A stretch of 41,269 bases of DNA, taken from Candidatus Omnitrophota bacterium (GTDB lineage Bacteria > Omnitrophota > Gorgyraeia > Pluralincolimonadales > Pluralincolimonadaceae). Under the pieces are notes generated by a model. That model was not told where the DNA came from and searched no databases. It worked only from the letters and a program-made list of their open reading frames with translations. Location of the stretch: NCBI GenBank assembly GCA_041653555.1, contig JBAZFE010000002.1:1-41269 (forward strand), in the 5' to 3' direction. Shown here piece after piece: positions 1-8,414 of the stretch (within the stretch, counting starts at the first letter, position 1; each line of letters starts with the position of its first letter). A program made the translations under genes and the position numbers.

Positions 1-79
1 AGATGTCACCCTGTTTGTCGAGATAGTACAGATAACCCTTCTCTCTCTTGATACCGGCTTTAGCTACTTTCTGAGCCAA
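1..79 (-). CDS. 5' end of a small hypothetical gene that runs off the window start
   Basis: It is absent from the ORF track because it is truncated. The minus strand reads GGGAGGTG (87-94), 7 nt, then TTG (77-79) GCT CAG AAA. This translates as (M)AQKVAKAGIKREKGYLYYLDKQGDI with no stop before position 1. I cannot assign a family. Confidence 0.4.
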   Translation of the reverse strand, partial: MAQKVAKAGIKREKGYLYYLDKQGDI

Positions 80-104
80 TTGTATTCACCTCCCTTCTTC
101 TATC

Positions 105-914
105 TCATGTACCTATTTTGACCTTCCCCATTATCCCGTCCAATGTTGCGATAGCCGAAAGAATTGCCATATAGCTGGTCCTGGGATTTCCCGGGGACGG
201 TACATTTTCCGTCCTGGCGGTAAGTTTTCCGAAATCTCCTTCCGCCTCGACCTCGTGCACGTTCCTCTTTGCGCCGGGGGAAGCTATTATCCTCACCTTC
301 GTATTCCCCGGCCCTATGCCGCAGAGGCTCAACGTCGCGGCAACATTAATATTCGCGGGAAAACCCTCCATCGCCTGCATCGCGTCGCCTTCGAAAAGGA
401 CCTTGTCTTTCCTGATCTTCCCGAGGTCTATCTTATTCTTCACGACATACGGCGCGCCCCTGAATCCCTCGGGCGGCTTAGTCGTCGTCAGCGTCACCTT
501 GCTGATCTTCGAGCGCATCGCTCCCTTAAGGCCGTCGAGCCCGCATATCGCCCCGCTCGGGAGATATATCTTTGCCCTGCTTTTTCCTGCGAGTGCGAAG
601 ATGCCTTTATAGCCCTTCAGGAGGCCTCCCGTGCTCATTATCATCACATCCTTGCCGGAACGGACTGCCCTTCTCGCGATATCTTCTGAGACGCTCGCGG
701 AGGCCGCCTCGATCACCAGCCCGGATGCTTTTATGAGCTTATCGATATCCGTTATCCGCGGCCTTGACTTCAATGATCCCGCGAGGCGTAACGCGTTTTG
801 GAGGTCCTTATCAGAAAGAGCGACCAGCTCCGCTTTGCCCTTTAGGTTCCTGTCGATATGGCCGGCGATCCTTGAACCTATCGTGCCGCATCCTATTATA
901 CCTATCCGGATCAT
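105..914 (-). CDS. nadX: L-aspartate dehydrogenase (NadX type)
   Basis: 269 aa. It has an N-terminal Rossmann motif GIIGCGTIG. LPSGAICGLDGLK, FPANINVAATL and ENVPSPGNPRTS match the Thermotoga-type aspartate dehydrogenase family. A GAGG SD overlaps the nadA stop. Confidence 0.85.
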   Translation of the reverse strand: MIRIGIIGCGTIGSRIAGHIDRNLKGKAELVALSDKDLQNALRLAGSLKSRPRITDIDKLIKASGLVIEAASASVSEDIARRAVRSGKDVMIMSTGGLLKGYKGIFALAGKSRAKIYLPSGAICGLDGLKGAMRSKISKVTLTTTKPPEGFRGAPYVVKNKIDLGKIRKDKVLFEGDAMQAMEGFPANINVAATLSLCGIGPGNTKVRIIASPGAKRNVHEVEAEGDFGKLTARTENVPSPGNPRTSYMAILSAIATLDGIMGKVKIGT

Positions 915-921
915 GACGGCC

Positions 922-1899
922 TCAGTAACCTATCGTTGCCGACATCGGCTTTTCGCCCGATACTGCCAGCATCCTGTCGAGGGCCTTCTTCGCCTTGCCG
1001 CATACGTCGTCCGGCACCTCTATCTTGTATACCATATTTTCAAGCGAATGCGCAAGCCATCCAAGCGTCGTAAGCTTCATGCTCGGGCATATCAGATGCG
1101 GCGTCGCGAGGAAAAACTCCTTATCGGGGTTCTCCCTCCTCAATTTATAAAGCATTCCCGACTCAGTCCCTATAATGAACCTCTTTGACTTCGACTGCTT
1201 AATGTACTTGAACATGCCGCCTGTCGAACATATATGGTCGGCAAGCGCGAGAACTTCAGGTTCGCACTCGGGATGGGCTATGAACTCCACGTCGGGGTAT
1301 GTCTTCCTTACCTCGAGGATATCTTCTTCCTGCACCCTTATATGGGTCGGGCAGAAACCCTTCCATAATATTATCTGTTTATCCGGGACCTGGGTCTGGA
1401 CGTACCTTCCGAGGTTCCTGTCCGGCACGAAGATGACCTTCTTGTGCTCATTGAGGGATCTGACTATCTCTACAGCGTTCGAGGAGGTGCAGCATATGTC
1501 GCTTTCCGCCTTGACCTTTGCCGAGGAATTTACATAGCATACGACCGCCGCATCGGGGTATTCCGCTTTCATCGCGCGCAATTTTTCCGCGGTGATCATA
1601 TCCGCCATGGGGCATCCCGCTTCGACTACCGGCAGCAGCACCGTCTTATCGGGGTTCAATATGGCCGCCGTTTCCGCCATGAATGTGACGCCGCAAAAAA
1701 TTATGACCTTCGCATCCGTGCGCACCGCGGCTTGGCTCAGCGCGAGCGAATCTCCGGTTATGTCCGCGAGCTCCTGCACTTCGTCGCGCTGGTAATTATG
1801 CGCGATGATCACGGCGTTCCTGTCCTTCTTAAGTTTCAGTATCTTCTTTTTAAGCTGTTCGTTATAGCTCGCGTCTGTGCTTTCAGGCTGTTTAACCAC
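922..1899 (-). CDS. nadA: quinolinate synthase
   Basis: 325 aa. NadA-family blocks are present: [41 protein letters not shown] and [10 protein letters not shown]. It overlaps the panD stop by 8 nt. Confidence 0.95.
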   Translation of the reverse strand: MVKQPESTDASYNEQLKKKILKLKKDRNAVIIAHNYQRDEVQELADITGDSLALSQAAVRTDAKVIIFCGVTFMAETAAILNPDKTVLLPVVEAGCPMADMITAEKLRAMKAEYPDAAVVCYVNSSAKVKAESDICCTSSNAVEIVRSLNEHKKVIFVPDRNLGRYVQTQVPDKQIILWKGFCPTHIRVQEEDILEVRKTYPDVEFIAHPECEPEVLALADHICSTGGMFKYIKQSKSKRFIIGTESGMLYKLRRENPDKEFFLATPHLICPSMKLTTLGWLAHSLENMVYKIEVPDDVCGKAKKALDRMLAVSGEKPMSATIGY

Positions 1900-2254
1900 G
1901 GCTGTTCTTTTTCATCCTGTTCTTTCCGTCGACGAAGACGACCTTCGGCTTTATCTTCTTAGCCTCAGCCGTATCCACGAGGCAGTAAGATATGATTATC
2001 ACTATGTCGCCCCTGTGCGCCCATCTCGCGGCGGCCCCGTTCATGCAGACCGTGCCGCTTCCGGGCCTTCCAGCTATGGCATATGTCTCCACGCGGGAGC
2101 CGTTATTCAGGTTAACTATCTGGACGCGCTCTCCGGGTAATATATCGGCGGATCTAAGGAGCTTTCCGTCTATGGTGATCGAGCCGGTATATTTAAGGTT
2201 GGCCTCGGTGACGGTCGCGCCGTGTATCTTGGACTTAAGGATTGTCCTTAGCAT
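1892..2254 (-). CDS. panD: aspartate 1-decarboxylase (pyruvoyl-dependent)
   Basis: 120 aa. [23 protein letters not shown] contains the Gly-Ser self-processing site. It directly abuts the panC stop. Confidence 0.95.
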   Translation of the reverse strand: MLRTILKSKIHGATVTEANLKYTGSITIDGKLLRSADILPGERVQIVNLNNGSRVETYAIAGRPGSGTVCMNGAAARWAHRGDIVIIISYCLVDTAEAKKIKPKVVFVDGKNRMKKNSRG

Positions 2255-3097
2255 TTATATCCTCACTATGATGTTATCTATCAGGCGGGTCTTCCCGACC
2301 CATGCGGCCACCGCTATGAGGGTTTCGCCTTTTATAGTTCTCATATCCTTCAGATCTTTCGTATCAACAACGGATATGTAATCTATCTTCGCGCCGATGG
2401 GCCTGATCTTACTGCGTATGCCGGATATTATCCTGCCGGCATCCCTATTGCCTGATTTTATCAGAACTCCCGCCTCTTGTAAAGCGCGATATATCGTCGG
2501 GGCGGCGCTCCTATCGTCGGCAGACAGGTATTTATTACGGGATGACATGGCCAACCCGTCCTTTTCCCTGGCCGTAGGCAATATCTTTATCTGCGTACCT
2601 GTATCAAGGTCGGCAGCCAGCCGCTTCAGGACTATGGCCTGCTGCGCGTCCTTCTGCCCGAGGTACATCCTGTCCGGCCTGACGATATTAAGCAGTTTCG
2701 TAACGACGGTCGTCACGCCCTCGAAATGCGCCGGACGCGACCTCCCGCAAAGGTTCTCCGAAAGACCGCGCACCCTCACATACGTCGAATATCCGCCGGG
2801 ATACATCGAGCCTGTGTCCGGGTAAAATATATACGATACGCCCGCTTTCCTGCATAATGCGGCGTCCCTCTTCATGTCGCGGGGATATCTCCGGTAATCC
2901 TCTTTCGGCCCGAACTGCGTCGGGTTCACGAATATGCTCACTACTGTTATGTCGTTGTCCCTGCGGGACTTCCTGACAAGCGAAAGGTGCCCTTCGTGGA
3001 GATAACCCATCGTCGGGACGAAACCGACCGTACGGCCTTTCCTGCGGTGCGAGGACAGTTCCTTCTTCATCAGCCCTATCGAACGCATTATCCTCAT
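2255..3097 (-). CDS. panC: pantoate--beta-alanine ligase
   Basis: VGFVPTMGYLHEGHLSLV carries the HxGH motif, and the rest matches the PanC family. The ORF track adds 68 N-terminal Arg/Pro-rich residues that overlap folK. I place the start at the ATG at 3095-3097, which forms an ATGA overlap with the folK stop. The ATG at 3088 is an alternative. Confidence 0.9.
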   Translation of the reverse strand: MRIMRSIGLMKKELSSHRRKGRTVGFVPTMGYLHEGHLSLVRKSRRDNDITVVSIFVNPTQFGPKEDYRRYPRDMKRDAALCRKAGVSYIFYPDTGSMYPGGYSTYVRVRGLSENLCGRSRPAHFEGVTTVVTKLLNIVRPDRMYLGQKDAQQAIVLKRLAADLDTGTQIKILPTAREKDGLAMSSRNKYLSADDRSAAPTIYRALQEAGVLIKSGNRDAGRIISGIRSKIRPIGAKIDYISVVDTKDLKDMRTIKGETLIAVAAWVGKTRLIDNIIVRI

Positions 3098-3573
3098 TTT
3101 TCCGCCGTGGCAAGTCCTTTCATTATCTCTAATGCCGTCTTCTTCAGTATGGGGTGGAACGCCCCTGGCGCGATCTCGGCAAGGGGTTCTATCATGAAAC
3201 GGCGCTGGTGGAGAAGCAGGTGCGGGATAGTAAGATCGGCGTCGTCGACGACCATATCGCCATATAACAGGATATCCAGGTCTATCTCCCTGGGCCCCCA
3301 TCTTACATCCGAGGGAGTCCTGCCGGCCTTCCGCTCAATTTGTTTGAGGTGCTTCAGGAGATCATGGGGGCTGAGCGAAGTCCTTATCTCAGCCGCGCCG
3401 TCGAGATACTTTCCCTGGCTGGGAGGGCCGCCGGAAGGTTCCGTCTCGTACAACGACGAGACCCTCACGACTTCAACGATGCCGGCAGATCTCAGCAATT
3501 CAACCGCCTTAAGGATATTACTGCGCCTGTCGCCCAGGTTCGACCCAAGCGCGATGAATGCCTTTATAAGGAT
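3094..3573 (-). CDS. folK: 6-hydroxymethyl-7,8-dihydropterin pyrophosphokinase
   Basis: The frame encodes IKAFIALGSNLGDRRSNILKAV...YETEPSGGPPSQ...REIDLDILLY...IPHLLLHQRRF, which is typical of HPPK. The conserved IALGSNLGD block lies upstream of the first ATG/GTG/TTG at 3498. The frame is open only back to a TGA near 3609 and contains no canonical start. The best candidate start is ATC at 3571-3573, with GGAG (3583-3586) 9 nt upstream. ATA at 3565-3567 is an alternative. Confidence 0.8.
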   Translation of the reverse strand: MLIKAFIALGSNLGDRRSNILKAVELLRSAGIVEVVRVSSLYETEPSGGPPSQGKYLDGAAEIRTSLSPHDLLKHLKQIERKAGRTPSDVRWGPREIDLDILLYGDMVVDDADLTIPHLLLHQRRFMIEPLAEIAPGAFHPILKKTALEIMKGLATAEK

Positions 3574-4730
3574 TTCTTTATTCTCCGGATGGCTTCCTTT
3601 ATCCTGTCCTTTTCAACGGTAACCGCCATGCGAATATACCCTTCCCCGTTCTTTCCGAGGCCTACACCCGGGGTCGCGACAATATCCGCCTTCTCCAGAA
3701 GGGCCTTTGCCATGCCGGATGAATCGTAACCGCGAAGCGTCCTTGCCCAGATATAGAACGTCGCCTTCGGCTTCGACACCTTCCAGCCGAGAGAATTTAG
3801 CCCGTCTACGAGCGCGTTCCTGCGTTCCCGGTAAATTGAGTTGGCCTTCCTGACGGCGTCCTGGGGACCCTCCAACGCCGCGATACCGGCTATCTGTATC
3901 GCCTGGAATATGCCGGAATCCACGTTCGACTTGACCTTCGCGAGCCCTTCGATCGCCTTCCTGTTCCCGCATGCCCAGCCTATCCTCCAGCCGGTCATAT
4001 TATAGGTCTTTGATAGCGAATGGAACTCTACGGCTGAATCCTTCGCGCCGTCGATCTCGAGTATGCTCATGGGCTTGTATCCGTCGTAGTATACCTCGGA
4101 ATACGCCGCGTCGCTGCATATCAGCAGGTTGTTCCTATCGGCGAGATCCAGGACCTTACCGTAGAACTCACGGTCCGCAACGGCACCGGTAGGGTTATTC
4201 GGGTAATTGACGAAGATCGTCTTTGCCTTGCCCAATACCGTCCTATCTATCTTCGACAGGTCGGGAAGGAAGTCATTCTCTTGCAGTAAAGGCATTATGT
4301 ACGGAATGCCTCCCGCAAATGTAGTGCCTATCTTATATGGCGGATAGCACGGGTCCGGCACGAGCACGTAATCACCCGGATTCACGAAAGCCAGCGGGAA
4401 ATGCGCGATGCCTTCCTTCGACCCTATCAGGGGCAGGATCTCCGTATCGGGGTCAAGGATGACCTTGAACCTCTTCTTGTACCACTTCGCTATTGCTTGC
4501 CTGAACTGCGGCATACCCGCGTCAAGCGCATAGTGATGGTTCGAGGGGTCCTTCGCGGCCTTGTTCAGCGCGTCTATTATATGCTTCGGCGTAGGAAGGT
4601 CGGGGTCGCCGATGCCGAGATCTATGATATCGCGGCCTTCAGCCCTGGCCTTCCTCTTTGCCTTATCGATCTCGGCAAAAAGGTACGGAGGCAGGCTCCT
4701 AAGCCTTTCCGAGAACTCAAAATCTGTCAT
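3564..4730 (-). CDS. dapL: class I/II PLP aminotransferase, probably LL-diaminopimelate aminotransferase
   Basis: 388 aa. The N-terminus reads RLRSLPPYLFAEIDKAKRKARAEGRDIIDLGIGDPDLPTP, and SLSKTYNMTGWRIG carries the PLP lysine. The DapL assignment rests on context: dapB, dapA, dapF and lysA are adjacent and no dapD/C/E is present. Confidence 0.7.
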   Translation of the reverse strand: MTDFEFSERLRSLPPYLFAEIDKAKRKARAEGRDIIDLGIGDPDLPTPKHIIDALNKAAKDPSNHHYALDAGMPQFRQAIAKWYKKRFKVILDPDTEILPLIGSKEGIAHFPLAFVNPGDYVLVPDPCYPPYKIGTTFAGGIPYIMPLLQENDFLPDLSKIDRTVLGKAKTIFVNYPNNPTGAVADREFYGKVLDLADRNNLLICSDAAYSEVYYDGYKPMSILEIDGAKDSAVEFHSLSKTYNMTGWRIGWACGNRKAIEGLAKVKSNVDSGIFQAIQIAGIAALEGPQDAVRKANSIYRERRNALVDGLNSLGWKVSKPKATFYIWARTLRGYDSSGMAKALLEKADIVATPGVGLGKNGEGYIRMAVTVEKDRIKEAIRRIKKSL

Positions 4731-5449
4731 TTTACGGCTCCAAGTACATCCTGCATGTCGTATATTTTCGGTTTCCTTCCCGCGACGAACTTTGCCGCGG
4801 CTATCGCTCCCTGGGCGAGTATATCCCTCGTCTTGGCGCTATGTGAGAGTTCGATAATGTCATAGGGACTCTCGAATGTCACCTTATGGTCCCCGACTAT
4901 CTCGCCCTCGCGTATCGACTTGATGTCCTCAACCTCCCTCATCGACGCTTCCTTTATTATCTGCGCCAGCTTCTTAGCGGTCCCCGACGGCGAATCCTTC
5001 TTGTGTATATGGTGGGCCTCGACCATCCGGACGCTGTAGTCTTTCGACAGATTCTCCGCCGCTTCCTTCACGAGCCTGAAGAGAAGGTTCACGCCTATAG
5101 ACATGTTCGGCGAAAGGACCACCGGTATCTTCCCGGCCGCTTCATTTATCCTGTCCATCTGCGGCTCGGAGAAACCCGTCGTACCTATCACAATCGCCCT
5201 CTTATACTTTACCGCCGCGGCAAGATGCTCCATCGCGGCTTCAGGGACCGTAAAATCAATTATGACATCCGACTGCGCCAGATCATCACTGCAATCCGAG
5301 ACTTCCCCGGCACCGAGCTTTGTGCCGACAGAAGGGTGCCCCTTTGCCTCAAGACCGATCATTACCTTAACGTCCTTATCCTGTTCGGCGATATTCAGTA
5401 TGCGCGTGCCCATCTTCCCGGCGCAGCCGCAGATAGCTATCTTTATCAT
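4727..5449 (-). CDS. dapB: 4-hydroxy-tetrahydrodipicolinate reductase
   Basis: It contains MIKIAICGCAGKMG and EAHHIHKKDSPSGTA. I rejected the 26-aa ORF-track extension. The ATG at 5447-5449 is preceded by AGAGGA with a 5-nt spacer. Confidence 0.9.
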   Translation of the reverse strand: MIKIAICGCAGKMGTRILNIAEQDKDVKVMIGLEAKGHPSVGTKLGAGEVSDCSDDLAQSDVIIDFTVPEAAMEHLAAAVKYKRAIVIGTTGFSEPQMDRINEAAGKIPVVLSPNMSIGVNLLFRLVKEAAENLSKDYSVRMVEAHHIHKKDSPSGTAKKLAQIIKEASMREVEDIKSIREGEIVGDHKVTFESPYDIIELSHSAKTRDILAQGAIAAAKFVAGRKPKIYDMQDVLGAVK

Positions 5450-5463
5450 CTTTATCCTCTGGT

Positions 5464-6333
5464 TTACAGCCCGTACTTCTTGACCGCCTCGGCCAGCTTT
5501 GCCAGGTTCTCTTCGGACATATGGCATAGCGGCAGGCGCAACTCAGGTTCAAGCATCCCGACGAGTTCCATCGCGGTCTTGACCGGTATCGGGTTTGTTT
5601 CTATGAACATCGCCCTTACAAGCGGCAGCAGCTTATAGTGCAGCTCCTGCGCCTTCTTTATATCTCCCTTCCTGAACGCCGCCACTAAGTCCGCGACATC
5701 GCGCGGAACGATATTAGCGACAACCGATATCACACCTACGCCCCCTACGGCCATTATCGGCAGCGTCAGCGCGTCGTCGCCCGATATTATCTCGAAATCA
5801 GGGCCGCACAACAGCTTTATCCTCGATATCTGTTCGAGGTTCCCGCTCGATTCCTTTACACCAACAATGTTCTTTATCTGCGCGAGCTTCTGGAACGTCT
5901 CAGGCTCGATATTTACAGCCGTACGGGACTGTATATTGTACGGGATGATCGGTATCTTCACCGAATCCGCGATGGCCTTATAATGCATATAAAGGCCCCT
6001 CTGTGTCGGCTTATTATAATAAGGCGACAGCAGGAGCGCGGCGTCGGCGCCCGCCTTTTCGGCGAACCTCGTCATTTCTATCGCCTCGGCAGTCGAGTTC
6101 GACCCGGTGCCGGCGATTATCTTGATCCTCTTCTTCGCGGCCTCGATGACGACCTCGATGACACTATTGTGTTCCTCATGGGTCAGCGTCGCGGACTCGC
6201 CCGTGGTCCCGCACGGGACTATCCCGGACGTGCCGTTCTTGATATGGAATTCGACCAGCTCCCTTAATTTCGGCTCATCCACCTTGCCGTTCTTGAACGG
6301 TGTGACCAGCGCGACTATAGATCCTTCGAACAT
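5464..6333 (-). CDS. dapA: 4-hydroxy-tetrahydrodipicolinate synthase
   Basis: 289 aa. GIVPCGTTGESATLTHEEH, PYYNKPTQ and VGVKESSG (Schiff-base lysine region) are present. Confidence 0.95.
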   Translation of the reverse strand: MFEGSIVALVTPFKNGKVDEPKLRELVEFHIKNGTSGIVPCGTTGESATLTHEEHNSVIEVVIEAAKKRIKIIAGTGSNSTAEAIEMTRFAEKAGADAALLLSPYYNKPTQRGLYMHYKAIADSVKIPIIPYNIQSRTAVNIEPETFQKLAQIKNIVGVKESSGNLEQISRIKLLCGPDFEIISGDDALTLPIMAVGGVGVISVVANIVPRDVADLVAAFRKGDIKKAQELHYKLLPLVRAMFIETNPIPVKTAMELVGMLEPELRLPLCHMSEENLAKLAEAVKKYGL

Positions 6334-6348
6334 GCCGGTTCCCTCCTG

Positions 6349-7158
6349 TTATTTATGGTACTTCCCGCAGAATACCGTCTTTGCGCCGCCCTCAAGATAC
6401 ACACCCGTAAAGCTGCCGCCTTCCCTGCTGAAATATATCTTCAGCCTGTCGCCGCTCTTTGTCATGCAAGTGACGGGGCTTTTAAATCCCTTTACGGCTG
6501 CGGCCATGAGCGCGGACGCGGTCACCCCGGTCCCGCAGGCGAGCGTCTCGCCTTCCACGCCCCTTTCATACGTCCTGACCTTGAGCGTATTTCCGGCAAG
6601 CTCAACGAAATCGGCGTTCGTACCCTTAGGCGCGAAAGCGCTGTGGTAGCGGACCTCCTTGCCGAGCCTCCTAATATCCCGGTCCCCGACACTGTCCACG
6701 AATATGACCGCATGCGGAACGCCGGTATTAACGAAATTAACATTATAGGCACCGTCGCTCAGGACAAGGTTTATATCGAGCTTCTGGTCCTTAGGGTCCG
6801 ACATCCTGAGCTTTATATTCTTTCCGGAGATACCGGCCTCGATCACGCCGGCAAGGGTCTCGAACTTCATCCGGTTCCCGGTTATCCCCTTCTCCTTCGC
6901 AAATACCGCTGCGCACCTTGCGCCGTTACCGCACATCTCGGCTTCGCTTCCGTCGGAGTTAATTATCCTCATCCTGAAATCGGCCCTCCGGGACTTCTCT
7001 ATGACAAGCAGCCCGTCGCCTCCGACGCCGTAATTCCTGCAGCATATCCTCTTTGCGAGATCCCGCAGGCCTGCGCCGGGTACGGCCTTCCTGCGGTTGT
7101 CTATCACGACAAAATCGTTGCCGCTCGCGACCATCTTAACGAATGCGATCTCCTTCAT
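6349..7158 (-). CDS. dapF: diaminopimelate epimerase
   Basis: 269 aa. It starts FVKMVASGNDFVVID, and the two catalytic-Cys blocks are EMCGNGARC and LACGTGVTA. Confidence 0.9.
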   Translation of the reverse strand: MKEIAFVKMVASGNDFVVIDNRRKAVPGAGLRDLAKRICCRNYGVGGDGLLVIEKSRRADFRMRIINSDGSEAEMCGNGARCAAVFAKEKGITGNRMKFETLAGVIEAGISGKNIKLRMSDPKDQKLDINLVLSDGAYNVNFVNTGVPHAVIFVDSVGDRDIRRLGKEVRYHSAFAPKGTNADFVELAGNTLKVRTYERGVEGETLACGTGVTASALMAAAVKGFKSPVTCMTKSGDRLKIYFSREGGSFTGVYLEGGAKTVFCGKYHK

Positions 7159-8414
7159 CTTAATTCCTTAGGGACGGCCTCGCCTTTTATGAGGTCGTCA
7201 TACTTCTCCCTCTCCCTGACCACGTAAAATCTTCCGTGTATCACCATTACCTCGGCCGAACGCGGCCTCGAATTGTAATTGCTCGACATCGTGAACCCGT
7301 ACGCGCCCGCACCCATGACAGCCAGCAGCTCGCCCGAACGGAACTCCGGGAGCTTCCTGTCCCGCGCGAGGAAATCGCCGGTTTCGCATATCGGCCCGAC
7401 CACATCGGCGAGCACCTTACGGCGCACGGGCTTCCTTATGACCGGAAGTATCTCATGGTACGCGTCGTAGAGCGACGGCCTTATCAGGTCATTCATCGCG
7501 GCGTCCACGATCACGAAATTCTTCGACCGCGTCTTCTTCACGTAAGTGACCTTCGCGACGAGTATCCCGCTGTTCCCGACTATGAACCTGCCCGGTTCGA
7601 GTATGAGCCGCACATCGAGCTTGCGTATCAGCGGTATGACCGCCTTCGCGAAACGCTCGGCGCTCTGCGGATGCTCTTTCCTGTATATGATCCCGAGGCC
7701 TCCGCCGATATTAAGCCAGTCGACCCTCGCTCCGCCCTTACGTATCTTCGCTATAAGGCCTCCGACCTTTACTATCGCCTTGCGGAACGGCCCTGACTCC
7801 GTGATCTGGGAGCCTATGTGGACATGGATCCCGCGCAGCCTGACATGCGGATACTTCAGGGAGCCGCCGAAGGTCTCCTCAACGGTCTTGAAATCCAGCC
7901 CGAACTTATTCTCCGCCTTCCCAGTAGTGATGAACTTATGCGTATGGGGATCTACATCGGGGTTCGCCCTCAGGGTACAATCGACGGTACGGCCCAGCTT
8001 GCCCGAGACCTTGTCTATAAGCGCGAGCTCCGGCAGGGATTCGACGTTAAAGAAGAGGATGCCCGCCTTTATCGCGTTCTCAATCTCGCGCTCGGTCTTG
8101 CCGACGCTCGCATAGACGATCTTTTTCGAGTCGCAGCCTACCTTCAATGCCTTGTATAATTCACCGCCCGATACCACGTCAAGCCCTGAACCTGCCTTAA
8201 CGAGCGCGGTAAGCACCGCCAAACTCGAATTGGACTTCATCGAGAAACAGATGAGCGGGTTTATCTCGGAAAAAGCTTCCCTTATCTTCCTGTAATGGTC
8301 CAACAGCGTCCTGTGGCTGTAAAGGTAGAACGGCGTCCCTACGGCGGCGGCAATACCGCCTATACCGACGTCTTCGCAGAACAGTTCATCGCCCTTATAC
8401 TTGAATTCGTGCAT
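7155..8414 (-). CDS. lysA: diaminopimelate decarboxylase
   Basis: It has the fold-III PLP decarboxylase blocks FSMKSNS, NIGGGLGI, GPICETGD and GAGAYGFTMSSNYNSRPR. I place the start at the ATG at 8412-8414, which forms a TAATG overlap with the argH stop and follows GGAAGAGAGG. The ORF-track start at 8450 is less likely. Confidence 0.9.
   Translation of the reverse strand: MHEFKYKGDELFCEDVGIGGIAAAVGTPFYLYSHRTLLDHYRKIREAFSEINPLICFSMKSNSSLAVLTALVKAGSGLDVVSGGELYKALKVGCDSKKIVYASVGKTEREIENAIKAGILFFNVESLPELALIDKVSGKLGRTVDCTLRANPDVDPHTHKFITTGKAENKFGLDFKTVEETFGGSLKYPHVRLRGIHVHIGSQITESGPFRKAIVKVGGLIAKIRKGGARVDWLNIGGGLGIIYRKEHPQSAERFAKAVIPLIRKLDVRLILEPGRFIVGNSGILVAKVTYVKKTRSKNFVIVDAAMNDLIRPSLYDAYHEILPVIRKPVRRKVLADVVGPICETGDFLARDRKLPEFRSGELLAVMGAGAYGFTMSSNYNSRPRSAEVMVIHGRFYVVREREKYDDLIKGEAVPKELR

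Noticed and set aside
2255-3301. N-terminal extensions in the ORF track for panC (to 3301), dapB (to 5527), lysA (to 8450), truA (to 17964), asd (to 19079), leuB (to 19987), the OppB-like permease (to 29102) and the TPR gene (from 39109).
   Set aside because: The extensions are Arg/Gly/Pro-rich, overlap the upstream gene extensively and precede an internal ATG. That ATG restores the family-typical N-terminus and has an SD or an ATGA or TAATG coupling overlap.
6355-7227. Long plus-strand ORFs antisense to conserved genes. Examples are 6355-7227 (290 aa), 8295-9170 (291 aa), 10967-11818, 11487-12389 (300 aa), 14344-15168, 32764-33678 (304 aa), 33326-34192 and 36590-37486 (298 aa).
   Set aside because: Each lies entirely opposite a minus-strand gene with unmistakable family motifs. 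Their translations are low-complexity and rich in Arg, Pro, Ser or Leu, with no recognisable motifs and no SDs. They are typical shadow ORFs produced by codon bias on the true coding strand.
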